64,000 nt of DNA from the NCBI RefSeq assembly GCF_009914755.1, contig NC_060934.1. The stretch is one strand, 5' to 3'. The position numbers and the translations under genes are program-made. The stretch is from the human T2T-CHM13v2.0 reference genome, Homo sapiens. The notes under the pieces are model-generated. The model made no database searches and was not told the origin of the DNA. It was given only the letters and a program-made list of their open reading frames with translations. Of the stretch, positions 15,668 through 35,403 are shown piece after piece; the first letter of the stretch is position 1, and each line of letters begins with the position of its first letter.

Positions 15668-15754
15668 AAATGTCAAGATGACAGGAAGAGGAGCTTCTGC
15701 TGATCAAAAGGCAGCAGACGAGTTTCCAGATGCCTTTAAGAAAATCATTGTGGA

Positions 15755-15885
15755 GGCTGGGCATGGTGGCTCATACCTGTAATCTCAGCACTTTGGGAGA
15801 CCGAGGAGGAAGGATGGCTTGAGCTTAGGAATTTGAGACCAGCCATGGCAACATAGTGAGATCTCATCTCCACTAAAAATAAAAT
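15755..15885 (+). mobile_element. FLAM/AluJ left monomer
   Basis: ggctgggcatggtggctcatacctgtaatc..ctccactaaaaat. Confidence 0.85.
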
Positions 15886-17291
15886 AACATTACATATGTT
15901 AGTAAGGAGAAAAGTCAGCATCAGGATTTACTCCAGGAAGGGATAAATTAACTCTACTATTTTGTGCAAATGCAGTCAGACATATGATCAGGACTGCCTT
16001 TATCTATAAGGCTGCTAACCCCTGTGCCATGAAGAGAAAAGATAAACACCAGCTGCCAGTCTTTTTGTTGTACAACAAGAAGGCTTGGACAATGAGAACC
16101 CTTTCTGGATTGGTTCCATTAATGCTTTGTCCCTGAAGTTAGGAAACATCTTGCCAGTAAGGACTGTCTTTTAAAGTTCTTTTGATATTGGACAATATTC
16201 CTGGCCACCCAGAACCCCATCGGTTCAACACTGAAGGTATTGAAGTAGTGTACTTGCTCCCAAATACATCTCTAATTCAGCCCCTAGATCAGGTGGCCAT
16301 AAGAACCTTTAAGGCTCATTACACACCACACTCTATGGAATAAAGGATTGTCAATGTGATGGAAGAAAACCAAGACAGAGAGAATATCACGAATATCTGG
16401 GAGGATTACACCATTAAAGATGTCATCATTGCTACAGAAAAAGCTGTGAAAGCCATCAAGCCTGAATCAATAAATTCCTGCTGGAGAAAACTGTGTCCAG
16501 ATGTTGTGCATGACTTCGTAGGATTTATGACAGAGCCAATCAAAGAACTCAAAACAGAGATTGTGGTTATGGCAAAAAGGTCGGGGGATGGTGGTGAAGG
16601 GTTTCAAGATATGGATCTTGGAGAAATTCAAGAGCTAATAGACACCACATCAGAGGAATTAATAGAAGATGACTTGATGGAGATGAATGCTTCCAAACAA
16701 CTGCAAGATGATGAGAAAGAAGACACAGAACAAATAGCGCCAGAAACAAATTGACATTAGACAATCTGGCAGAAGCGTTCCAATTATTCAAGACTACTCT
16801 TGACTTTTACAACAGGGACATTCTACAGGCACTGAAACTAAAGCAAATGGTGGAAGAAGGCGTGGGACCACATAGAAACATGTTTAGAGAAATAAAAAAG
16901 CAAAAAAGTCAGATAGAAAGTAGGATGTATTTCTGTAAAGTTACACTGAGCGAGCCTTCCTCTCCTGCCTCCCCTTCCACCTCCTCCATCTCTTCTGCCT
17001 CTGTCACCCGAGACAGCAAGATCAACCCCCTCCCTTTCTTCAGCCTACTAAACGTGAACATCAAGAGGATGAAGACATTTATGATGATACACTTCTATTA
17101 AATGAACAGTAAATATATTTGCTTTTTCTTGTGATTATCTTTACATTTCCTTTCTCTAGCTTCCTTTATTGTAACAATATAGCATATGATATACACAATA
17201 TATGAAATATGTTAATCACCTGTGTATGTTAATGGTAAGGCTTCTGGTCACCACCTAATCACCTCTTAAAAGTGCCACCTGGTCCCACCTC

Positions 17292-17563
17292 TTTTTTTGT
17301 TTGTTTGTTTTTTTAAATTTGAGACAGAGTCTTACTCACTGTAACCTCCGCCTCCTGGGTTCAAGCAATTGTCCTGCCTCAGCCTCCTGAGCAGCTGGGA
17401 CTGCAGGTGTGCACCACCACGCCCAGCTAATTTTTGTATTTTTAGTAGAGACAGGGTTTAACCATGTAAGCCAGGCTGGTCTAAAACTCCTGACCTCAAG
17501 TGATCCGCCTGTCTCAGCCTCCCAAAATGTTGGGATTACAGGCGTGAGCCACTGTGCCCGGCT
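17292..17563 (-). mobile_element. AluS inside a MaLR LTR fragment (~17252-17640)
   Basis: TSD ggtcccacctctt (17281-17293/17565-17577); MaLR end catgagttttggag..aaaccatagca. Confidence 0.88.
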
Positions 17564-18116
17564 TGGTCCCACCTCTTATACTGTCCCAATGACAATTAAA
17601 TTCCGACATGAGTTTTGGAGGTGACACGCAAACCATAGCAGTCCTGAAGACAAGAGGTGCAGCACACCGTGCAGGTCCACATGGGAAAGATGCCAGGGAG
17701 GGCAGGAGGCAGAAGAGAGGAGCAAGGGACAGACTGGGGCCAGAGCCTTTCCTGGGGCTTCCTTGGAGAGGGAAGGCAAGGCAGGATGAACAGTTTAGGA
17801 TTGGCTGTGTTGAACCATTTCAGTGGGCTTTGGGCTCTAGGGGTGTACCCAGCCGTCTGCCACCTGGCCCTAGGATGAGTAAGGCAGAAGGATGAGTAAG
17901 GCAGAGGGAGGAGTGAGGCAGAGGGAGGAGTGAGGCAGAGGTGTGGCTCTGCGTTGGCTAGTTTGCATTTGAAAGACCCACTCCCGGCAGGGCCCTTTGC
18001 TGTCTTTCAGAATTGGCTAATTAGTTGGAGGGGAGGTCTGTCCCCAGTTAGAAATGTTTTTTTTAATTTGTTTTTATTTTAAATTTGATTTTTAGGATGT
18101 CAAACTATTATAATAT

Positions 18117-18644
18117 TGTTATATACAGAGTTTTGGTGCCGCAAAAGGAATAGCACTTGAATATAAAATTTTCTTTTTAATTCTCAGCAAGGCAAGTTAC
18201 TTCTATATAGAAGGGTGCACCCTTACAGATAGAACAATGGTGAGCGCACACTTGGACAAGGGAGGGGGAAGGGTTCTTATCCCTGATGCACGTGGCCCCT
18301 GCTGCTGTATCGTTCCCCTATTGGCTAGGGTTAGACCACACAGGCTAAACTAATTCCGATTGGCTAATTTAAAGAGAATGGGGTGAGTGCTTTGGCGGGA
18401 GTCAGGGTAGAGCAGGTAGCAGGTAATTGGAATGAGTTAGGGTGGAGCAGGTGATTGGAATGTAGGGTGGAGCAGGTGATCAGAATGAGTCAGGGTGGAG
18501 TAGGTAATTGGAATGAGTCAAGGTGGAGTAGGTAATTGAAAAAGGTTGCTTTAAGAGGAAGTTAAGTTTAAAAGTAGGAGGCAAATAATTGAACATACTG
18601 ACATATTAATTATTTGAAAAGAAATTTAGAACTCATATCTAACA
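18117..18644 (-). mobile_element. LTR10F-like (HERV-I family) solo LTR with AP-1 VNTR
   Basis: Reverse strand begins TGTTAGATATGAGTTCTAAATTTC; ~28-bp repeats gaatgagtcagggtggagyaggtaatt; TSD ATAT (18113-18116/18645-18648). Confidence 0.88.
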
Positions 18645-18675
18645 ATATGCAGAAAATTTAAAACATTTACAATAA

Positions 18676-18996
<321 letters not shown>

Positions 18997-19275
18997 TGAC
19001 CTTTTATGTTTATCCTTTGGCAATACCACAAAGTCTTAGTTACGATAGCAGAAAATCCATTTATTTATTTATTTATTTTTGAGGTAGAGTCTTGCTATGT
19101 CGCCCAGGCTGGGGTGCAGTGGTGCCATCATAGCTCACTGCATGTTCCATGGCGTCCCTCTTCAAACTCCTCGCCTCAAAGGATTCTCCTATCTCGACTT
19201 CCCACAGTGCTGGGATTATAGGCCTGACCTACTGTGCCTGGCTAGAAAATCAATTTAATCTTTTAAAAAACAAAT

Positions 19276-19277
<2 letters not shown>

Positions 19278-19324
<47 letters not shown>

Positions 19325-19335
19325 AACACAAACAC
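19278..19335. repeat. (CA)n microsatellite
   Basis: ~20 perfect CA units then CACAAA variants. Confidence 0.97.
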
Positions 19336-20751
19336 ATTCCTACAGAGATAACTCTAGGCCTAAACCGTGGGTTTCATCCAAATATTTAGGGGCAATATAA
19401 CATTAATCTTACCTAAAACTTTCCAGGGAAAACAGTTCCTTCATTTTATGAGGTCAGAATCACCTTGATCACAGAACTTCACAAGAATATTATAAAACAT
19501 AAAAATTACAGGTAAGTCTCTCTCATAATCATAGATGTAAAAATTCCAAAAATGTTTTAGCAAATTGAATCCGGCAGTATATAAAAAAGATAATCTGACA
19601 TGACAAAGCTGGGTTTATTCCAGCTTTGGAAAGGATGCAAGGATGGCTTATTATTTGGGAATCAATCAACATAATTTATCATATAACAGAGTAAAAGGAT
19701 AAAAAAATCATATGATAATCTCAGTAGATGTAGGCAAAGCATGCAATAAAATTTGATACTCTTTCATGATTAAAAAACTCAACAATTTAAGAATGAGAAT
19801 TACAGGTAGCATCATACTTGAAGTTGAAATATTAAATAATTTTTCTTGGAAAATGGAATAAGACCAGGGGGCTTGCTTTCACCAGCTGTATTCAACAGGC
19901 ACTGGGTTGCATCCAGTATAAGCAAGAAAAGGAAATAAAGGCCTATGATTGGAAAGAAATAAAACAATCATTTTTTGAAGATGACATATTGAGTAAATTG
20001 AAAATGGAAAGAATCTAATAAAAATGATTCAATTAATAAGTAAATTAGTAATGCCACTGGATTCAAAGTAGACATACCAGCAACAATCATAAAATGAAAT
20101 ACAAAGAAGGATTTCATTTATGGGAGCATCATAATACAACAAATTCCTAGGGATAAGTTTAGTGAAGGATGACTGCTATACAAAAATCTCCAAAACACGT
20201 ACCGAGGGAAATCATGTAAGGGAGAGATATGTCAACATTCATGAATTAGAAAATTCAAGATTGTAGACAAGTCATTACTCCCTAATTTGATCGGCATTTG
20301 TAATGCAATCCCAGTAAAAACCCTAAGGTTCTGTTATGGAAATGTACATGCAAATTCTAAAATTTATAGAAAATATAAAGAGCCAAGGCTAGTCAAGAAT
20401 AGATAGAAACCAAAGCTGGAATGGAGAACTTGTACCACCAAATATAAAGACTTGTTATAAACCTACGATAACTAAGTCAGTGTGGTATTAGCATAAATAT
20501 AGAAAAATAGGCCAATGGGGCTGAATAAGGTCCAGAAACAAATACCCACATATGGTCACCAGAATGGTGACATGCAAGTCACTGAAATGCAATGAAAGAA
20601 TGTTCTTTTCAATAAATGGTAGATGAAATTTGGATACCCAGAGAGGAAAAAGATGTATCTTGAATCTCACTGTACCCCATATGAAATAAATTCCAGCTGG
20701 ATGTAGAACTAAATGTGAAAAACAACAAATCCATAAGAAAAAGGCAAAAAG

Positions 20752-21070
20752 CGGCCGGGCGTGGCAGCTCACGCCTGTAATCCCAGCATTTTGGGAGGCA
20801 GAGGCGGGTGGATCACTTGAGCCCAGGAGCTCAAGACCAGCCTAGGCAACATAGGGAGTCCTATCTCTACAAAAAACACAAAAATTAGCCAGGCGTGGTG
20901 GCGCATGCCTGTAGTCCCAGCTACTAGCGAGGCTGAGGTAGGAGAATCACCTGAGCCCTAGGAGGTTGAGGGTGCAGTGAGTTGTGGTCACACCACTGCA
21001 CTCCAGTCTGGGCGACAGAGTGAGACCCTATCTAAAAACAAACAAACAAACAAATCAAACAAACAGAAAA
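20752..21070 (+). mobile_element. AluJ
   Basis: Sense dimer, (CAAA)n tail. Confidence 0.9.
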
Positions 21071-21149
21071 AGAAAAAGGAGGCAAAAAACATCAAACTGT
21101 TTAAATAACTATTTAGTAATTTTTTAAAAGGTAAACATACATATACCTA

Positions 21150-21740
<591 letters not shown>

Positions 21741-21789
21741 TCAAGCAGTGTTAGGGATGGAGAGGGTAGTACATGGAGGGGCTTTCTAG

Positions 21790-22547
<758 letters not shown>

Positions 22548-22567
22548 AACCTTTTTTTTTTTTTTTA

Positions 22568-22880
<313 letters not shown>

Positions 22881-23127
22881 AAAAAGTGAAAATAATTGTC
22901 CCATTATAAAATAAGTACCCTTGGGAGGTAGTGAGCTTCCCATCACTGGGGAGATGCAGACAGCTGCTGGCGCCTGAGCACTGGGTAGAGGAGTCGGCAG
23001 GGGCGGAGTATGTGCACTGGGGGAGAAGTGGGGCAGATCAGACCAGTGCATGCTGAGATTCTACTTTTTGGAGACTCTGCTTCTCACTATAAAGTGGCGT
23101 TCTGATATTTTAGACGCTTTTAAGTTT

Positions 23128-29285
<6,158 letters not shown>

Positions 29286-30530
29286 GACCCTTTTATGTTT
29301 GAATGCTTTCTGTCAATAAATGAGGGAAATGCCATTTTAAATTTATGAGCAGCTTTTTCTTTTCCTTTTGGTTTGGGGTAGAGTTACAAGGCAATTTATC
29401 TTTGGGGTAAATATAGAGCTTTTGTTAAAAAACAAAAACATTAGCTTTTGGAGATGCAGGGGTGCAGGCCAGATCTTTGTGACCCTGGGCTGGAGCCTCC
29501 GTTTCCACATCTGAAAACAGGGGCATTAATATCCACCTGCCCAGCAAATCAGAGGGTTACTGTGAATGTGAAATGACCTAGTGGGCTGTAGGCATCATGG
29601 CCATCTTCACCTTTTGCTCTTACCCTGGTGGTGAGGGCTCAGTCTGTGGTCACCTGGCCCTCACCCTGCTGTAACTCTGCTTAGGGCTCTGCTTTCAGGC
29701 CTTTGTGATGGGAGCGTGTTTGTGCACCCTATAGTCATGAACAGCATCTCCTCTGTCACCTGCATAGCTCTGTACAATTGTCAGGGGGCTTTCATGCTCA
29801 TCCATGATCTCATTTAGAAAAAAAAAACTGAGCACAGAATCTACCAAAGCCCCCAGATCTGGGTGTCTTATTTTGTAATTTGCTCATTTAAAGCAATAAT
29901 ATCAAATGCAGTCAGATTAACAGCCATTTGTTGAATCCTTACAATGTACCAGGTGCTCTGTTATACACTTTCCATACATTTCACCCTAACCACAGACCAA
30001 GAAACTAGGTCTATGATTTCCCTATTTTCCATATGGAGAAACTGAGGCTCAGAGGGTTTAAGAAACATCCCTTAAGTCACAGAGCTGTTAAGTGGCAGAG
30101 CCAGGACTCAAACTGACCTCTGTCTGACCCTCATGAGCATAGCTTACTTGCCTAAAACACTTCCAGATCCTATATGTATCAGGGGCAGTGTGTGGAATCC
30201 CCCTGCTGAGGGATCTAGTGCCCAGGTAGGGGTGCAAAGCTGCTGAGGTTGGAGAGAAGATGGAAAAAAGAAAGCGGAATTTGTCAACAGGGCACCCCTG
30301 GCTGGAGTGGGTACCCTGGACAGGACGTTGGGGGACCTGGTTTGGAATATCAGAGCTTACATTCTCCCACAGCATGACCTTGGCCCATTCAACTCCACTT
30401 TCTGCCTTCAGTTTTCCCTCCAGAAACACTGTTAGGATCACAGCGGTCATTATTTGTGGTGCAGCTGCTTCATGATTGCTTAGCACGGCCCATGAATCAT
30501 TGGATTCATCTTTAGAAAATCCCTCATGGA

Positions 30531-30735
30531 AGGATGCAAAGGCATAAGAATGATACCATGGACTTTGGGGACTTGGGGGAAAGGGTGGGAGTGGGTGAGG
30601 GATAAAAGACTACACATTGGGTACAGTGTACACTGCTCACGTGATGGGTGCACAAAATCTCAGACATCACTACTGAAGAACTCATTCATGTAACCAAACA
30701 CCACTTGTTCCCCAAAAACCTATTGAAATAAACAA
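30531..30735 (+). mobile_element. L1PB/old L1PA 3' end fragment
   Basis: atggactttggggacttgggggaaagggtgg..catgtaaccaaacaccac..attgaaataaa. Confidence 0.85.
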
Positions 30736-30922
30736 AGATCCCTCATAAGTGGATATCATTATTCTTTTAATTTTACAGAGAAGGAAACTGAGGCACTTAA
30801 AGGTAAAGTAACTTGGATCAACTCACCTGGATGGTTAGTGTTGGCACCAGGGCTTGAACCTGTGCCACATGATTTCAGAGTTTTGTGGAACTGTGGAATT
30901 GGTGGAGCCCTCAGGTTCCCAC

Positions 30923-31623
30923 TGTTATGGGTCAAAGGTATCTGAGTCACCTGGCAGGGAATCCATACAGGTCTGTAGCAACCTCAATTCTTGCCTCCTC
31001 CGAAAGAAAGAATTCAACTGACGGGCATAAGGCAGAAGGAGAGACCAATGCAAGTTTCAGAGCAGGAGTGGAAGTTTATTTAAAAGGCCTCAGAAAAGGA
31101 AAGAAAGGAAAACATGCTTGGAAGAAACCCAAGCAGGCATGTGAAGGTCAAGTGCAGTGTTTAGCCCTGATCCTAGGACTTTCTAGGCTGGCCCCTTTCC
31201 CATGATTCTTCCCTTAGGGTGGGCTGCCCACATGCACAGTGCCCTCCTTACACTTGGAGGTGAGCATGTACAGTGTGGTTAGGAAGTTGTATGCACACCC
31301 ATCTGAAGCTTTCTTCTCTCTTCTGGTGGAGTGCCCCCTGAAGGTAATACTCCACCATTTTGTCTCTTGATGCACATGCCCAGGCTCATTAGTCCAATAC
31401 CTGAGATTTTGTTGGAAGCCCCTTTTTGCTTCTCCCTGGCACCTGCATTCAATTAACACTTTAATGCAACAGGTGTGGACCATAAGGAAACGGCCACTCC
31501 CTGGTGCTGACTGCCAGTTTATCACTTTTAGAGAGACAATGTGACAACAGCCAAACCATCGCTCAATGTAGTAGGTGGAGGAGAGCTCTCTCTTGCCCCA
31601 TGCGTGTCTGTCTACCTGTAACA
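30923..31623 (-). mobile_element. MER50-like ERV1 solo LTR
   Basis: TG..CA termini, TSD CCAC (30919-30922/31624-31627); gcaacctcaattcttgcctcctc motif. Confidence 0.82.
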
Positions 31624-34149
31624 CCACCAGCTGGAGTTCCCTGGGGCCTTTTCTCCTGCTAGGATCAGGGAAGTAATGAGGGACCCTGGGGCAGAGGAGG
31701 AAGCCCTAAGGGTAGGAGTCTCTGTGGATGGTCACCAGGGTAGGGGTCCTCTGTCACCAATGGCCAAGAGAAATGGAGGAGGGGTTGTCAGCTAAGTCAG
31801 AGGCTGCCCCTCAATGGCCTCTCCCTTATTAGTTTGATATGGTCCTGGAAACGCCCACCCCTGCCCTGGCTGCCTTCCTTCTCCGCAACCCAAGGTACCT
31901 GGCTCCCCTACTAACCCTCACCCACATGGTCTCAGATGCTGCTTCTGGATGCTCTGGTCCCATGCAAGGCCCAGGGAAGAAAAGCCTGTTGCTCACTGCT
32001 TGCCCTTGTACTTAAGGAGACAGGAGGCCTCTTCCCTCTCAGCTCACAGGCTCACATTAGCCCCCCACAGTATCTGTTGGGAGACAATTCCCTTGGATCT
32101 TTTGTGTCGTGTCACAGCTTTTGTTCCAGACTATCTTTTCAAGGATTTTTGTACAGCAAACAGATTGGACATGGCCCTGGAAGATAAAGATCTTGTCTCC
32201 AGGGTAGAGGTCAGATTTGTTTGCTGTCCCCCAGGGTGGGGATGGGGCAGTGTAGGGGAAATGGCTGCACTTTAGTCAGGAGTAGGCTGCGGTGGCCTTC
32301 CAGTGCAGCATGACTCAATGGGTTTGGAGTGCAAGCGCACAACTCCACACATTATGTAACCATGCTGCATAAGGTGCATTAGGTGACCACTCATGTGAGC
32401 TTGTGCTTGGCTCAGAGCCACTGTTGTCTATAAAAGGTATCATTACCCTGATGACGCTGTATGTACAGCTCTTGCCCAGGCTCATGCCCACAGAGAGAAT
32501 AAAGCCATGTCAAAATTGCCTACAATTCCTTAAGTGTTTTTCCAGCTACCTGCCACCTGCCCTCTGACTTCCCTCGGACCCAGTTTGGTCTAGAAACTGA
32601 CAATTGGCACTGTAAGCAGGATCCCAATGTAACTGAGCCTTCTGTCCCCACCAATTCCAGGTTGGCCTTGTGGCCACAACATAGACTGTGGTACTCGGTG
32701 GCAGCTGTGCTTCTTAGATGGGCTCTGGTGGAAACCTGGGTGGCAGTAGATGGGTTCCCCTACAAGCATGGAGAAGGTGCTGAAGCAGCTGGAAGCACAG
32801 AGCATCAAGAAGGAGCAAACCTTTGCTGGCAGAGTTGGATGGGCATTTTTGACTGTGCAATGGGAAGTACACACCCTGTCTCTGAGGGATGTAGTGCAGG
32901 TAAGGGACCTCCAGGCTCAGGTGGGGCACCTGGAGGCCCAGCTACAGAGCTCAGAAAGAGTTAGAGGCTGCTGTGAATGGGGACCTCCAGGTGCAGGTGG
33001 GGTGCCTGGAGGCCCAGCTACACTGATCAGAAAAAGAATTAGAGGCTGCAATGAATGCAGGCCTGGGTCCACCATTTCTGTCTGAGGCCCCCACTCGGTC
33101 TGCTATTGAGGAGGAGGAACTCCTGTTGTGGGCTTACCCAATGGTCTGTCAGAAGATAGATCATGAACAGCCAATGGGGCCCCAAGGGTGGGCTCAGGGA
33201 CCCCCCCACCGTAATGCAACACACTTCATATATTCCCTGTACCCCAACTGAGTTGCAGAAATTAGGCAAGCAGTGCCACCAGCATCCAGGGGAACTCCTG
33301 ACTGCCTGGATGCTTCGTTTGTGGGACAAGGCAGCAGATAGTATCTCTTGTTCTGTCTCTGAGTTGGAAGAGCTGGCCTCCATCATGACTCATCCCTCCA
33401 TCAGTCAGCAGTTGCAAGTGAGCAGGTGGTGAGCAACAGGGCAAGGTGACCACACCCTGACTGAGTGGCTATGGGCAGCCATATAGACTGTGTGGAACAA
33501 TGCTGGTGAAATACCTAAAACTGTGAGCAAATGGTAGTCATGTGCCAATTTGCTGCAAGCCATCTTTGAGATGGGTATGCGGCAGGCTATGTTTGACCTG
33601 AATACTTGGGGGCCAGATGATGAATGTTTCACCTCCCACATGAGGGATCTCCTTTTGGGTTCTGCATCCCCAAGCTGCTGTTCTCACCCCATACATAGGG
33701 CACCACATACATGAAGTGATCACTGCTGTGGCGGCCCTTGGGGAAGCAGAAGGCTGTCAGCAAGACTGAGGGGTCCATGCTGTAAAGAAGGGGAAGGTGC
33801 CTTTCCCATAAAGGGCTCACCCATGGGACAAAAGGGGGCCCAATGAGTGACATGCTCATAGATGTGGATACATTTGATTTTGGCCAGGGTTGACTGAGAG
33901 AAAATTGATAAGCAGCTCAATGAAGTACCCTCAACTTTGTGGAGACACTTGTGTCTACAGCAGCAATTCCAGAAAATGCTCAAGGGGGAGAAGGACATTA
34001 CTGCACGACCCAGTCCCAGCTGGGTGCTCCAGATCAAAGACTACTTGCTGCAGCCAGGTGGAAATGTAGAGCCTTTTCTGTTTGATTAGGGAACTGGCTG
34101 AGGTGCCCGGCTTGGGGGGACATCGGATGACTGGAGGCCACATGTAAAA

Positions 34150-34446
34150 TTGGCAATCCACTGGTCCCCCACCAATGTACAGTGGGTACTGGCACTGGTA
34201 GATACTGGAGCAGACAGTAGCCTTGTTTACGGGAACCTGGGTAAGTTTCTGGACAAAACTGCATACACTGATGATTATGGAGGCTGGTCAGTGAAAGTGA
34301 AACTGATATCTCTACACCTTGGCATCGGCCGTTTGGCTCCCCGTTTATATACTGTGTATGTCTCTCCCATGCTAGAATACATTCTGGGGGTGGACATTTT
34401 ACATGACCTGGCATTACAAACCACGGCTGGGGAATTCAGACTCTGA
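34150..34446 (+). pseudogene. Retroviral aspartic protease remnant
   Basis: VLALVDTGADSSLVYG and ILGVDIL motifs in one open frame. Confidence 0.88.
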
Positions 34447-34792
34447 GTGCATGTGGTGAAGCCGGTGCCATGTGGACATATGCATCAACAGCCTCAGGTC
34501 CTGCCACAACCCCGATGGGTTACTTCCACCCATTACTACTGTTTGCTGGGTGGGTAGATGGAGATAACAGAGACAATTAAAAAGCTGGAGCAGGTGCAGA
34601 TAATGCATGGCAACCACCAGCCCCTACAATTATCTGGTGTGGCCAGTTAGAAAGACTGATGGAACTTGGGAGATAACGGTGGACTATTGGGAACTGAATA
34701 AAGTAATACCCCCTTTGCATGCATCTGTATCATCATGAATTTGATGGACTGTTTGATGATGGAACTGGGACAGTATCACTATGTAGTGGACT

Positions 34793-35403
34793 TGGCCTTA
34801 TGTACCTGCCACTGTTCTCTCCACATTGCCCAGATACCCACATAACCAGGAGGCTCTATGCTCTCGGGTTCTGCAAGTACAGTGAACCCCTTGGTGGTTC
34901 TATCCCCTGGCAGTGACTATCCCTCAAGTGGGTATCATAACTGTAGAAGCACAAGTTACTGCTCTTGCAGAGCACACTGCTCAGGCTCTGAATTACATCT
35001 GAGTGGCCCTCCTCCTGTTAACGGATGAAGTTGTTCAGATCAGAAAGGTATCGTTGCAAAACCAAATGGCCTTAGACATAGTAACTGATGCCCAATGAGT
35101 CACCTGTGCTCTTTTAGGAACACAATGTTATACCTTTATTCCTTACAACACTTGGCAGAGCAAAACAGCACCCTTTAAGGGGTCTCACAGGAGATTAAGG
35201 CAGTTGAGAGCCTTACTGACAACTCCCAGCAGAGATGGTGGGCATCCTTGGGCTCTGGCCTATGCTGGGCCCTAATAGTCATAAGTAGCATAGCTGGGAT
35301 CCTAGTAGTGAGCTGTTGCTCTCTGTATTGTTGTTGTGGGTTGTGGATTCAGAAATCTGCCCTATGGGCATGTATCCCCACCTGGAAGATGCCCTTGGTC
35401 TAG
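34793..35403 (+). pseudogene. env SU-end/TM remnant
   Basis: Translates WPYVPAT..QVQ*TPWWFYPLAVTIP..LQNQMALDIVTDAQ*VTCALLGTQCY, then after frameshift hydrophobic WALIVISSIAGILVVSCC; stop TAG at 35401. Confidence 0.85.

Noticed and set aside
16356-17101. Tigger2 transposase ORFs as a domesticated TIGD-like gene
   Set aside because: Fragmented by stops, frameshifts and SVA/Alu insertions
17641-18050. Probable old ERVL LTR fragment with short gagtraggcagag repeats
   Set aside because: Could not assign family or boundaries confidently
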